A stretch of DNA of 64,000 bases. Source: Dehalococcoidia bacterium (GTDB taxonomy: Bacteria > Chloroflexota > Dehalococcoidia > DSTF01 > JACRBR01). Shown piece by piece: positions 8,644 to 17,968 of this stretch (within the stretch, counting starts at the first letter, position 1; the number at the start of each line of letters is the position of its first letter). The DNA lies in the NCBI GenBank assembly GCA_021731085.1, contig JAKFYB010000007.1, forward strand, positions 32,907 to 96,906. Reading direction: 5' to 3'. The position numbers and the translations under genes were made by a program. The notes beneath the pieces were generated by a model. The model saw only the letters and a list, made by a program, of their open reading frames with translations, searched no databases and was not told where the DNA came from.

Positions 8644-9975
8644 CTACACCGCGACCGCCTCCCGAACCACCGTCGGCATCACCACGATCGCGTCTGACAC
8701 CTCGATCGCCGCCGACAGACACACCTGCGTCAGATTCCGGTCGATGTCCCGTGCATCGTTCGCGAAGAACAGGTTCTCGGCCGACGACGACCGCAACGGC
8801 ACGAGGTTCTTGATGTTCTCAGGCGTTCGCCGCGCGCCGACAACCTTCGCGTCAGGTATCGTGCGCTCCACGACCGCAGCCTCCTTCCATCCAACAAAGT
8901 GCTTGTCCAGCCCAACCACGAGTTCGTCGCGCCGCTGTTGTCGGAGCCTGTCGTCCGCCGCCTCTTCCGGCGTCAGGTACGCCGTCGCATGCAGCATCTG
9001 GCACCCCGCCGGCGCCAGGTTCGGCGCAGCCTCGCTGTGGATGCTGTAGTACAGGCTTCGCTGCACGTCGAACACGAAGCTCAGGTCGTCGCGCACGATG
9101 CGGTCGAACCCAAGATCGATGCAGTAAGCGCGCACGTCCTGCAGTCCCGACCACTTCCGCAGCTCCATCTTCAGCGTCGAGTCATCGGGTGCGATCGCTG
9201 GCGCGTCCTGCGGCGGCAGCGTGCACACAAATGCGTCGGCTTCGTAGCGGCCGTCGCGCGTGATTGCCGCAGAAATGCGTCCACCATCAATTTCCAGCGG
9301 GTCGACGGTCGCGCCCTGCACGATAACGCCACTATTCGATTCGATGTCCTCGGTCCAGGCGTCGTACATCGTCTTCCACCCGCCGTGCATGTAGCCCACG
9401 AAGTCCTTCGCGAACAGGCTGCGCTGCATGTGTCCGAGGAACCATGCAGCGCTCAATTCGCCCGCCGGGTTCGTGTATGAATTCACCACCGCGAACGCCA
9501 TCATGAACTCGATGATCGCCGGGTCGTCGGTCTTGGACTCAACCCACTGGCACCACGTCACATCCGGCGACAGCTTCTCGAGCTTCTCCCCACGGATCGC
9601 AAGCATCACTTTCGCGACCTGCAACCGACCGCCGACGGAGAACAGCCCGCTCGTCATGAGCTGGTGCGCCTTCGCGCCCATCGACGCGAACCGCTCGTGG
9701 TGCTGCCAGTAGCTGCGTGTCGCCTCCGGATAGCCGCACGTCGGCACATCCCGTCCGAGCCGGCCCATGACGTCGGCCAGCACGCCGGACTCAGGCGTGC
9801 ACATGCCGTGCGGGCCGTAGTTTAGCGTGAACCCTTTGTCCTTGTACGTGTTGGCGCGCCCGCCAACGACATTCCCCTTCTCAAGGATCACGACCTTCTT
9901 GCCTTGCTTCGCCAACAACGCCCCCGTCGCCAGCCCGCTCACGCCCGCGCCGATGATCACTACGTCTGTCTTCAT
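8644..9975 (-). CDS. FAD-dependent oxidoreductase, phytoene desaturase (CrtI)/amine-oxidase superfamily
   Basis: Trimmed to MKTDVVIIGAGVSGLATGALLAKQGKKVVILEKGNVVGGRA (a GxGxxG dinucleotide fold with the GGR motif). The start overlaps the sigma-gene stop (ATGA at 9972-9975). Confidence 0.8.
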   Translation of the reverse strand: MKTDVVIIGAGVSGLATGALLAKQGKKVVILEKGNVVGGRANTYKDKGFTLNYGPHGMCTPESGVLADVMGRLGRDVPTCGYPEATRSYWQHHERFASMGAKAHQLMTSGLFSVGGRLQVAKVMLAIRGEKLEKLSPDVTWCQWVESKTDDPAIIEFMMAFAVVNSYTNPAGELSAAWFLGHMQRSLFAKDFVGYMHGGWKTMYDAWTEDIESNSGVIVQGATVDPLEIDGGRISAAITRDGRYEADAFVCTLPPQDAPAIAPDDSTLKMELRKWSGLQDVRAYCIDLGFDRIVRDDLSFVFDVQRSLYYSIHSEAAPNLAPAGCQMLHATAYLTPEEAADDRLRQQRRDELVVGLDKHFVGWKEAAVVERTIPDAKVVGARRTPENIKNLVPLRSSSAENLFFANDARDIDRNLTQVCLSAAIEVSDAIVVMPTVVREAVAV

Positions 9976-11030
9976 GACTGCGTACCTTTCTGAGGCCAGC
10001 CAAGCACAGCCCGCCCCATCACTTCCGTTGCCTTCTCCGATTCGCCCTGCATCAGCAGTGCCGTGAACTCCTTGTAGATGCCGCCCGGTGTGCCAGGCTC
10101 CAGCGGCACGTCTGCCTGCGCCCGCACGAACCGCACCGTACGCTGCAGCTGCTTGTACGCCGGCCCACATCGGTCGCAGAGAGCGATATGCGCCCGTATG
10201 CCGTGCGCCGTCTTCTCCGGCAGCTCTCCTTCGATCAGATCCGAAAACAGCTCCTCGATCTCATCGCACGACAGCGCCGTCGATGCACTGCTAAGTGCTG
10301 TCTGCTCACTGCTGTTTGCTGTTTGCGCCTTGCTCTTTGTCCTGTGCTCCTTGCCCTGCGGCGCCGCCGCCTGCCTCGGCCCACCGGCCCGCTGCACTCG
10401 TCCTGCCCACAAACACCCGTCGCACTCGTTGTCTTCGTCGACGAGCGCGCAGTGGTGCTCGTACACGTCCGCCATCTTCTTGCGCGCGCGGTGCAGCTCC
10501 GTCTTCACCGATGCCACCGACGCACCGATCGCGTTCGCCGCTTCCTCACGCGAAAGCCCAAGCTGGTCGCACAGCGTGATCGTCGCCCGCTGCTTCGCCG
10601 GTAACGACATCGTCACGCAGTTCACGCACGTCGCCGCAACTTCCTTCACCTCCACCGCGCGCTCGGGCGATAGGTACAGCGTCTGTTCCATCTGCTGCAC
10701 CAGTTCGCCGTTCTCGCGGAACCACTCCCAACGCTTGTCGAGATCCCACGGCTTCTTCGAGCGCTGCTGGTCGAGGCAGGCGTTCGTCGCGATCTTGTAC
10801 AGCCATGTCCGCATCGTCGAACGCAGCTCGAAGTCGGCGATGTGAAGGTAGGCCTTGAGCAGCGTCTCCTGCACGAGGTCCTCGGCTTCTTCGGGCGATC
10901 CGGTCATTTTCAGGCACAGACGTAGGAGGCCGGCGCGGTGTTCTTCCGCGAGCGACCCGAAGGCGTCGCGGTCGCCGGCCCTGGCGCGCTCAAGCAGCGC
11001 GAGTGCGGATGTCGGAGCCCGGTCATCCAC
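9972..11030 (-). CDS. ECF (sigma-70 family) sigma factor fused to a Cys-rich segment and a ZAS-type anti-sigma domain
   Basis: Sigma region 2 reads EDLVQETLLKAYLHIADF...TWLYKIATNACLD. Sigma region 4 reads LPAKQRATITLCDQLGLSREEAANAIGASVASVKTELHRARKKM. These are followed by HHCALVDEDNECDGC, a linker, and C-x25-H-x3-C-x2-C (CDEIEE...AHIALCDRC). No TM segment is present. Confidence 0.85.
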   Translation of the reverse strand: MDDRAPTSALALLERARAGDRDAFGSLAEEHRAGLLRLCLKMTGSPEEAEDLVQETLLKAYLHIADFELRSTMRTWLYKIATNACLDQQRSKKPWDLDKRWEWFRENGELVQQMEQTLYLSPERAVEVKEVAATCVNCVTMSLPAKQRATITLCDQLGLSREEAANAIGASVASVKTELHRARKKMADVYEHHCALVDEDNECDGCLWAGRVQRAGGPRQAAAPQGKEHRTKSKAQTANSSEQTALSSASTALSCDEIEELFSDLIEGELPEKTAHGIRAHIALCDRCGPAYKQLQRTVRFVRAQADVPLEPGTPGGIYKEFTALLMQGESEKATEVMGRAVLGWPQKGTQS

Positions 11031-11053
11031 GCCTGTTTCTCCCTTCCACTTAC

Positions 11054-11082
11054 TTAGACGGGAGGTGGGGACTAAAGGTTAC
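11054..11082 (-). promoter_or_regulatory. candidate ECF-type promoter (GTAACC-N16-CGTCTAA on the minus strand)
   Basis: The minus strand reads GTAACC (11082-11077), a 16-nt spacer, then CGTCTAA (11060-11054). This resembles the AAC-N16/17-CGTC ECF consensus. GGAAGGGAG lies 8 nt before the ATG at 11030. Confidence 0.35.
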
Positions 11083-11164
11083 ATCGCCCGACTTCCAGCT
11101 TCGGCGTCGAACGGCTACCGTGCACATTGCCACCACCAGCGCGTCCAGAAGAAAGAGGCCCAAG

Positions 11165-12007
11165 ATGAAATACGGCGTCATGATGTTCCCGACGGACTAC
11201 GCGATCCCCGTGACCGAGCTCGCCCGCGCGGCTGAAGACCTCGGCTTCGAATCGCTGCTCTTCCCCGAACACACGCACATCCCCGCGAGCCGCAAGACGC
11301 CATGGCCTGGCGGCGCGGAACTGCCGAAGGAGTACTCACACACGCTCGATCCGTTCGTTGCGATGGCCGCCTCGGCCGCCGTGACGACGACGCTCAAGGT
11401 CGGTACCGGCATCTGTCTGGTCATTGAGCGCGACCCGATCACGCTTGCGAAAGAGGTCGCCAGTGTCGACCACCTGTCCGGCGGCCGCGTGCTCTTCGGT
11501 GTCGGTGGCGGCTGGAATATCGAAGAGATGGAGAACCACGGCACGAAGCCATCGCAGCGCTGGAAGATCATGCGCGAACGCATTCTCGCTATGAAGGAGA
11601 TCTGGACGAAGGACGACGCCGAGTACCACGGCGAGCACGTCAACTTCGACCCCATTTGGTCTTGGCCCAAGCCCGTCACGAAGCCGCATCCGCCGATCCT
11701 CATCGGCGGCGACGGACCGCGCACGTTGCAGCGCGTGCTCGACTACGGCGACGAGTGGATGCCGATCGCTATGCGCGGTACAGACCTCAAGGCCCGCATC
11801 GAGGAACTCCAGACGATGGCGAAGGACGCGGGCCGGCAGCAGATCCCCGTGTCGGTCTTCGGCGTCCCGCCCCGTGCGGATTTCGTTGAACGGATGCGCG
11901 CGCTGGAAGACGTCGGTGTTCACCGCATCTTCTTCGGGCTGCCGCCGGCGGATGCGGCAACCGTCATCCCGCTCCTGCGCGCGGCAGCGGAAGTGGCGAA
12001 AGGCTAG
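11165..12007 (+). CDS. LLM-class (luciferase-like) flavin/F420-dependent oxidoreductase
   Basis: Trimmed to MKYGVMMFPTDYAIPVTELARAAEDLGFESLLFPEHTHIP. The GGRVLFGVGGGWN motif is typical of the family. The stop shares a CTAG with the convergent gene. Confidence 0.8.
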   Translation: MKYGVMMFPTDYAIPVTELARAAEDLGFESLLFPEHTHIPASRKTPWPGGAELPKEYSHTLDPFVAMAASAAVTTTLKVGTGICLVIERDPITLAKEVASVDHLSGGRVLFGVGGGWNIEEMENHGTKPSQRWKIMRERILAMKEIWTKDDAEYHGEHVNFDPIWSWPKPVTKPHPPILIGGDGPRTLQRVLDYGDEWMPIAMRGTDLKARIEELQTMAKDAGRQQIPVSVFGVPPRADFVERMRALEDVGVHRIFFGLPPADAATVIPLLRAAAEVAKG

Positions 12008-13170
12008 AACACCGGCCCCAACGGCGACATACCCAAAACCACGCGTCCGGCGTCCTCCATCATCGTGCGCTGCACAACAATGTGGCCCAGAAGTGCGTGT
12101 GAGTCGCGCAGGCTGCGCTCGAACACATTTTGCGTCGACAACGCGCTGCCGCCCGCCGCGCGATAGCAGACGTCGACCACGTTCGCTGACGCTTCGGCTG
12201 CGTGCACCGTCCCTCGCCGGATGCGCGCTCGCTGCTCCATCGTCACTTCATCGCCACGCAAGATCGTCTCCCACATGCCGGCGATGCCCGCGTAGTGGTA
12301 GTCGCGTGCTGACTCCAGGATCGCCTGCGACTTCGCTACGTCATATTGCAGGCCAGAATGCTCCTTGATCTTTGACCGCGTGTAGAGCGAAGCCTTGCCA
12401 GCGGCGAGGTCGATCAGGCCGTCGAGCGCTGCTCGCGCGATACCTAAGGCGACAGTAGCGACCGCGACACCGAAGAAGGACGCTAGCACGCGGAAGATGG
12501 GTGCGTCGTGATAGCGCTTCGACTGGAATGCCCGGAACGTGCGCTCGTCGGGAACGAAGACGTCGTCGATCGTGTACTCCGTGCTGCCGGTGCCGCGCAT
12601 GCCGCCGACGTGCCATGTATCGAGCACTGTCACATCGCTCTTCGGCACGACGACCTGGCGGATCATCGGCAGGCCGCCGGTCTCTTCCATGCGCGGCTTG
12701 TCGCCGTCCATGACGATGCAATTCGCGATCACCCACGTTGCCTGATGCATGCCGCTGCCCCAGGCCCATCGGCCCGTAACGCGCACGCCGCCGTCGGCGG
12801 GCGTCGCCCGACCTCCGGGTGCGAGTCCGCCAGCGATACAGGCGTCCGGCCCGGCGAGCATTTCTCGCGCGACGTCGGTTGGCATGAAGCCGGCAAGCAT
12901 CATCGTCGCCGAGCCGATCATGAAGTTCCAACCAGCTGAGCCGTCGTGGTACGCAAGCTCCTCTGCGACCTTGGCGTAGGTCAAAGGCTCTGCACCTTCT
13001 CCGCCGAAGTCCTGCGGCAGAAGCAGGCGGTAAAAATTGCGGCGTACGAACGCATCGGCAATTTCGTCCGGAAGGCGACGCAGTTCGTCGCCCTTCGACC
13101 GGTTCGCCTCGATGAGGGGACCGAGCTCACGCGCTCGTTCCAGCAGATCTGTTGATGCAACCGTGACCAT
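12004..13170 (-). CDS. acyl-CoA dehydrogenase family protein
   Basis: Trimmed to MVTVASTDLLERAR. It has the three-domain ACAD-like pattern (…GGMRGTGSTEY…, C-terminal helical domain). Confidence 0.75.
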   Translation of the reverse strand: MVTVASTDLLERARELGPLIEANRSKGDELRRLPDEIADAFVRRNFYRLLLPQDFGGEGAEPLTYAKVAEELAYHDGSAGWNFMIGSATMMLAGFMPTDVAREMLAGPDACIAGGLAPGGRATPADGGVRVTGRWAWGSGMHQATWVIANCIVMDGDKPRMEETGGLPMIRQVVVPKSDVTVLDTWHVGGMRGTGSTEYTIDDVFVPDERTFRAFQSKRYHDAPIFRVLASFFGVAVATVALGIARAALDGLIDLAAGKASLYTRSKIKEHSGLQYDVAKSQAILESARDYHYAGIAGMWETILRGDEVTMEQRARIRRGTVHAAEASANVVDVCYRAAGGSALSTQNVFERSLRDSHALLGHIVVQRTMMEDAGRVVLGMSPLGPVF

Positions 13171-13208
13171 GTCGCCTCCGGTTCTGTTGCGACCGATAGA
13201 CTGCCACG

Positions 13209-14501
13209 ATGCCACCACGCGACCGATCCCGCAAGATCACCAAAGCTGCACGCGACCTCCTCCCAGGCGGCGTCGACTCCCCAGTACGCGCCTTCAGTGC
13301 CGTCGGCGGTGAGCCCATCGTCGTCGCCTACGGTAAGGGATCACGCATCTGGGACGCCGACTCTAACGAGTACGTCGACTGGGTGGGATCCTGGGGGCCG
13401 CTCATTCTGGGACACGCCCATCCCGCTGTCGTCGAGATCATCCAGCGCGCCGCCGAGCGCGGCACCAGCTACGGCGCGACGACAGAGCTCGAGGTCGAGC
13501 TCGCGCGTATCATCTGCGGCGCTGTCCCCTCAGTCGAACAGATCCGCTTCGTCAGCAGCGGCACCGAAGCGACGATGTCGGCTGTCCGCGTGGCACGCGC
13601 CTTCACTGGCCGAGACAAGATCCTCAAATTCGAGGGTTGCTATCACGGCCACAGCGACGGTCTGCTCGCAAAGACTGGCTCCGGCGTCGCGACGCTGTCA
13701 CTGCCAGATAGCGCCGGAGTGCCGGCGTCGTTCACGGCCGAGACGCTCGTATCACCATTCAATGATCGCGACGCTGTCGAACGGCTCTTCGCCGCGCATG
13801 ATGGCGCGATCGCCGCCGTCATCGTCGAGCCCGTCGCCGCCAACATGGGGCTCGTCCCGCCGGACGCGGGCTTCTTGCAGTTCCTCCGCGAGATCACCGA
13901 ACGCAACGACACCGTCCTCATCTTCGACGAGGTGATCACCGGCTTCCGCCTCGCGTATGGCGGCGCCCAGATGTACTACGGCGTCGTGCCCGACATGACG
14001 TGCCTGGGCAAGATCATCGGGGGCGGCCTGCCCGTTGGCGCGTACGGCGGCCGACGCGAGATCATGCAGATGGTTGCGCCCGCTGGCCCCGTCTACCAGG
14101 CGGGCACCCTCTCCGGAAACCCGCTTGCGATGGCCGCCGGCATCGTCACCCTTCGCGCGCTCACGAACGAGGGCATCTACCGCGGCCTCGACGAGATGGG
14201 TGCGCGCCTCGCCGAAGGTCTGCGCAATGCCGCGCGCGAAGCCGAGTGCGAGAACGTCACTGTCGCCCAGCTCGGCTCGATGCTCACCGTCTTCTTCGCG
14301 CAAGAAGCGCCCCGCGACTACACCACCGCGAAGGGGGCCGACGCCGAACGCTACGCCCGCTTCTTCCGCGCCATGCTCGACGCCGGCGTTTACCTGCCGC
14401 CGTCACAGTACGAAGTGATGATGTGCGGCCTCGCCCACCAACAGCGCGACTTCGACGAAACGCTCGCCGCGGCGAGGCTCGCGTTCGTGGCCGCACGCTA
14501 G
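13209..14501 (+). CDS. hemL: glutamate-1-semialdehyde 2,1-aminomutase
   Basis: Motifs LLPGGVDSPVRAF, DWVGSWGPLILGHAHP and FDEVITGFRL, with the PLP lysine region CLGKIIGGGLPVGAYGG. Confidence 0.92.
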   Translation: MPPRDRSRKITKAARDLLPGGVDSPVRAFSAVGGEPIVVAYGKGSRIWDADSNEYVDWVGSWGPLILGHAHPAVVEIIQRAAERGTSYGATTELEVELARIICGAVPSVEQIRFVSSGTEATMSAVRVARAFTGRDKILKFEGCYHGHSDGLLAKTGSGVATLSLPDSAGVPASFTAETLVSPFNDRDAVERLFAAHDGAIAAVIVEPVAANMGLVPPDAGFLQFLREITERNDTVLIFDEVITGFRLAYGGAQMYYGVVPDMTCLGKIIGGGLPVGAYGGRREIMQMVAPAGPVYQAGTLSGNPLAMAAGIVTLRALTNEGIYRGLDEMGARLAEGLRNAAREAECENVTVAQLGSMLTVFFAQEAPRDYTTAKGADAERYARFFRAMLDAGVYLPPSQYEVMMCGLAHQQRDFDETLAAARLAFVAAR

Positions 14502-14516
14502 TCACGATTCATCGCA

Positions 14517-14816
14517 GTGCGGAGGATGACAGTGGCGCGAAGACCAGATCTGTTCGACAAAGGGCGAGTCCGCGAAGGCATTATCAAGGCAGGATGCCCT
14601 GAGGCGTATGCAGACGCATACCTCATCGACATGAAGTTGTTTGTGCCGCTACTCTTTCGAGAGTTGGGCGCGGATGAAGTCTTGCGCCTGGTCAACGCCA
14701 CGCGCACCGAGCTTGGCCTCAAGGATGAAGACACCTATTGGAAGGACGGCGCGAAGTACTTCGTGCAGTGGGCGACGGATGCGCTGGAAGCTTACAAGGC
14801 CTCGAAGAAGGTCTGA
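14517..14816 (+). CDS. hypothetical protein
   Basis: 99-aa ORF with plausible composition, in the same direction as its neighbours. No family recognised. Confidence 0.4.
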   Translation: MRRMTVARRPDLFDKGRVREGIIKAGCPEAYADAYLIDMKLFVPLLFRELGADEVLRLVNATRTELGLKDEDTYWKDGAKYFVQWATDALEAYKASKKV

Positions 14817-14868
14817 CCATACGCCGTCTTTAGTGGCCTATACTGCATGAGATCGGAGAACACGCACA

Positions 14869-15378
14869 ATGTTTGGACGAATGGTCGGCACCGTACGCCG
14901 CAATCACGCCCTCGAGCACGCGACGATCACCGTCATGCTCCGCAAGATCGGCCACGATGTGCGCATGGTCGGTCGCGCGACCGGCGATGGCTACTTTCTC
15001 TACGCCAACGTCCCGACCGAACTGCTCGAAGAGTCAACGAACGAAGCGCTCGCCCGGCTCAAGAGCGGCGAGGGCCACCTCGCCGTCACGCCGTTATGCG
15101 GCACGAACATCGCGGTCGCAGGCGCAATGACGGCGCTCGCCGCGCTCCTTGCGATCGGCAGCAGCGGCAGCCGGGCCAGCAAGTTCCCGAACGCGATGAT
15201 GGCGTCGATGCTCGCCGTGGTCGCCGCGCAGCCGGTTGGGCGGCTCGTGCAGAAGCACCTGACGACGAGTCCCGACCTTTCGGACACAGAGATCATCGAG
15301 ATCCGCGAAGGCGGTCGTGGCGGCACGAAGTTCCACAAGGTGCTGACCCGCCGCGCCGCACCGGCCGTCGACGCCTAA
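14869..15378 (+). CDS. conserved hypothetical protein (NHALEHAT motif, hydrophobic central region)
   Basis: 169-aa ORF with good composition. The competing 434-aa ORF 14847..16151 is Arg/Pro-rich and overlaps the opposite-strand phosphatase, so this frame is preferred. Confidence 0.55.
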   Translation: MFGRMVGTVRRNHALEHATITVMLRKIGHDVRMVGRATGDGYFLYANVPTELLEESTNEALARLKSGEGHLAVTPLCGTNIAVAGAMTALAALLAIGSSGSRASKFPNAMMASMLAVVAAQPVGRLVQKHLTTSPDLSDTEIIEIREGGRGGTKFHKVLTRRAAPAVDA

Positions 15379-16037
15379 CGCAGCACGTCCTTCAACAGCA
15401 TCCCGCCCTCAAGACCCGCCAGGTGCGCGAGGTCGTTCGCCCGTTCGACCATGCGCTCGCGGCCACCTTCACCCCAACTCGTGAGCACCGTGATCCCCGT
15501 CGGGTGTGCCGCAAAGTGCGCGTAGTCGAGTGCGTCGTCGGTCATCTGCAGCCACGCCGCGATCAACATCCGGATCGTCCCGCCGTGTGTGACGAGGATC
15601 GGCAATCCACCACCATCATCAAGCTCGTTGAGCAACGACCGCGCCCGCGCGTAGAACTCAGCTCCCGTCTCAGCGCCGGGCACCATGCGCGTCGCCATGC
15701 GCATGTCTCCTGCGTCCGGCCACTTCGCGCGGGCGTCCGCCATTGTCATGTTCGCGGAGTCGCCGTTGTTGTATTCGCGCAGCCGCGCGTCCATCTCGAC
15801 CTCAACGCCGAACGCTGCGGCAATGTGCTCCGCCGTCTGGCTCGCCCGCACGAGATCGCTCGCCAATATGCGCACGGGCGCATCCGTAATCTCCGCCTTG
15901 AGCCGCGCCGCCGCGAGCCGCGCCTGTTCGTGCCCCAGAGTGGTGAGCGGCGTGTCCGTCCAGCCGCCGGTGAGCCCGCGGACGTGGTGTTCGGACTGCC
16001 CGTGGCGGATGAGAATGACGGCGGCTGGCGTTGGCAT
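15375..16037 (-). CDS. histidine phosphatase family protein (phosphoglycerate mutase-like)
   Basis: VILIRHGQSEHH (RHG catalytic motif) and a later ...LVTHGGTIR motif. Confidence 0.85.
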   Translation of the reverse strand: MPTPAAVILIRHGQSEHHVRGLTGGWTDTPLTTLGHEQARLAAARLKAEITDAPVRILASDLVRASQTAEHIAAAFGVEVEMDARLREYNNGDSANMTMADARAKWPDAGDMRMATRMVPGAETGAEFYARARSLLNELDDGGGLPILVTHGGTIRMLIAAWLQMTDDALDYAHFAAHPTGITVLTSWGEGGRERMVERANDLAHLAGLEGGMLLKDVLR

Positions 16038-16113
16038 GTGACGCTCCTGCGGCGGCCAGAATACCTGTTAGAGTGCCCGTGGCAACCACATGCCATGTGT
16101 CGAAGCGCCACAG

Positions 16114-16189
16114 GCCCCCGTAGCTCAGTGGACAGAGCACCGGACTTCTAATCCGACGGTCGCAGGTTCGAATCCTGCCGGGGGTGCCA
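16114..16189 (+). tRNA. tRNA-Arg (anticodon TCT)
   Basis: Manual cloverleaf: acceptor GCCCCCG/CGGGGGT, D-arm GCTC-AGTGGACA-GAGC, anticodon arm CCGGA-CTTCTAA-TCCGA (27:43 mismatch), T-arm GCAGG-TTCGAAT-CCTGC, and an encoded CCA. Length is 76 nt. Confidence 0.9.
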
Positions 16190-16277
16190 CCCGCTCCGAT
16201 TCCGCGAAAGCACGCACAGCGCGGAATACGCCGGGGCGCGACCCCAAGACAGGCGCCCGACCCTCCTCGACCGCGGA

Positions 16278-16850
16278 CTACAAGCCGCGCGATGCCGTGG
16301 GCTCATACTGCAAGGCTATTGCCCCCGAACTGAATTCCTGCCTGTTCACGAGCTTCAGGTCGACGTACTTCGATAGCCCCGCGAACAATGTCGGCCCGTG
16401 GCCCGCGAGCCTCGGATGCACGATGAATTCGTACTCATCGATCAACCCCAGCTCCGTCAACGCCAGCGGCAGTGTCACGCCTCCGACGTACAGTCCCTCG
16501 CCCGGCTCCTGCTTGAGCTGCCGAACGGCCTCACCAAGATCCCCGCGCACGAGCTCCGCGTTCCAATCCACCTCGGCCAACGTGCTCGACACGACGTACT
16601 TCCTTGCCTGATCGATCGTTCGCGCGAACGGCTCCATCGAATCGGTCATCCAGTCCGGCCTCACGCCCGATGGTGCCGGCCGCCACGCGGCCTCCATCAT
16701 CTCGTACGTCACGCGGCCGAATAGGAGCGCATCGGCCCGAGCGAGAATCTCGGTCACGTGTCGATACGATTCTTCGTCCGGAGGTATCCCCGCGTTGTGA
16801 TCGACACACCCGTCGAGCGTGACATTGATGGAGTATCGAAGAGGTCGCAT
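16278..16850 (-). CDS. dihydrofolate reductase family protein (RibD C-terminal domain-like)
   Basis: MRPLRYSINVTLDGCVDH... and GGVTLPLALTELGLIDEYEFIVHP are typical of the family. Confidence 0.8.
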   Translation of the reverse strand: MRPLRYSINVTLDGCVDHNAGIPPDEESYRHVTEILARADALLFGRVTYEMMEAAWRPAPSGVRPDWMTDSMEPFARTIDQARKYVVSSTLAEVDWNAELVRGDLGEAVRQLKQEPGEGLYVGGVTLPLALTELGLIDEYEFIVHPRLAGHGPTLFAGLSKYVDLKLVNRQEFSSGAIALQYEPTASRGL

Positions 16851-16929
16851 TGCTTAAGGTCCCTCCACTGAGAGCCCTTCGTGAACCGAAGTCTCCCCGG
16901 GCGACATGAGGTCGTTCAGCGGACGCACC

Positions 16930-17538
16930 TTACGAAGCGTCGAAAGGAACGCCGGCACCTGTGATGAACTGCCGGATCTGCGCCGCGTGCTCCGTCGTGT
17001 GAACGACGAGGCTCGTGATAATGAATGCGTGTGGCTGCCCGCCGAAACGATGAGCCGCCGGTAGCGGCGTCGCCGCCTGCTCATCAGTGATGCTGGCCAG
17101 CTTGTTGTGCACGAGCTCGCGGCAATGGTCGACGTACCCCAGCACCTCCGTGCGCGCCCAGGCTGTCGGCAGGCTCGGAAGGTCGCGCCAGTGCGGATGC
17201 CCCGCGAACGGCGGCGGCGGTGACCACGGGCCGAACTCGCCGTTCAGGTCATAGTCGAGGACTTCGAGCGCATGCCACGCCACGCTCCACGGCGTCGATC
17301 GCCGTGCGACCCATCCCTCGACCAGGGCGTTGCGTTGTGCGGCGTCGGTGATCGGCTTCCAGTCCGGGCCGAGAAACTGGTGATCGGCGCCCGGAGCGGG
17401 AACCTCCCACATGCTCGCTTCCCACAGCTCGTCCGTGCAGTCCCCCACCGCCGCCGCTAATGATTCCAGCGCCTGTACGAAGCTGCGACTGACGCCCTCC
17501 ACCCAAATTGATGCCATGGGCGTCAGCATAGAACCCAT
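16930..17538 (-). CDS. DinB family protein
   Basis: ORF 16930..17781 trimmed so it does not overlap the upstream VOC gene. Candidate Mets are at 17538, 17529 and 17517. It has the His-rich four-helix pattern (…AWHALEV…, …VVHTTEHAAQI). Confidence 0.7.
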   Translation of the reverse strand: MGSMLTPMASIWVEGVSRSFVQALESLAAAVGDCTDELWEASMWEVPAPGADHQFLGPDWKPITDAAQRNALVEGWVARRSTPWSVAWHALEVLDYDLNGEFGPWSPPPPFAGHPHWRDLPSLPTAWARTEVLGYVDHCRELVHNKLASITDEQAATPLPAAHRFGGQPHAFIITSLVVHTTEHAAQIRQFITGAGVPFDAS

Positions 17539-17584
17539 GAGCTCATGGGCAAGGCTCACGCAACGGTTCTTCGGGCCGACAGCA

Positions 17585-17965
17585 CTATCGCTGGGCGGGC
17601 TGGAACAGCTCGATCGGATTGCCCGATGGATCCTCGAGCAAGATCTGCTTCCCACCTGGCCCGCTGATGATGTCGTTACGGAAGCGCACGCCCTCTGCGC
17701 GCAACCGCTCAACCTCGACATCGATGTCTTCGACGATGAAGTGAATGCGGTTCCATCCACCCGGAATCGGCTGCGCGCCATCCGGCATCGGCCGCCCAGC
17801 GGAGCTCTGCGGGCCGCTCAGCAAGATGCGCAGGTTGCCCTTGAACACATCGGCGAAAGCCGGCGCATTCATGCCGACGGTGAAGCCGAAGTGCTTCGTG
17901 TAGAAGTCGACGGACGCAGGAACGTCGTTGACCATGTAGCGGACGCTGACAGTTTCCTCGGACAT
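17585..17965 (-). CDS. VOC family protein (glyoxalase/bleomycin-resistance fold)
   Basis: 126 aa with motifs VDFYTKHFGF and LEDPSGNPIELFQ. Confidence 0.85.
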   Translation of the reverse strand: MSEETVSVRYMVNDVPASVDFYTKHFGFTVGMNAPAFADVFKGNLRILLSGPQSSAGRPMPDGAQPIPGGWNRIHFIVEDIDVEVERLRAEGVRFRNDIISGPGGKQILLEDPSGNPIELFQPAQR

Positions 17966-17968
17966 GGA

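Noticed and set aside
12004-12007. A shared CTAG used as the stop codon by both convergent genes (the LLM oxidoreductase and the ACAD).
   Set aside because: It is real but trivial. Four-nt convergent overlaps on the palindromic CTAG are common in compact genomes.
14847-16151. Long ORFs such as 14847..16151 (+, 434 aa), 3080..3952 (-), 5278..6150 (-), 28681..29286 (-), 37249..38355 (+), 49309..50556 (-) and 51666..52811 (+).
   Set aside because: All are extremely Arg/Pro/Ala/Ser/Gly-rich. They lie antisense or out of frame to genes with clear family motifs. This is the usual open-frame artefact of high-GC DNA.
16199-16227. The hairpin ATTCCGCG-N13-CGCGGAAT after the tRNA as a terminator.
   Set aside because: It has no U-tract and a large loop. 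That is too weak to call.
17585-17965. The VOC gene beside ArsR-ArsC as a possible ArsI C-As lyase.
   Set aside because: The protein is only 126 aa and contains no cysteine. ArsI requires a vicinal Cys pair.
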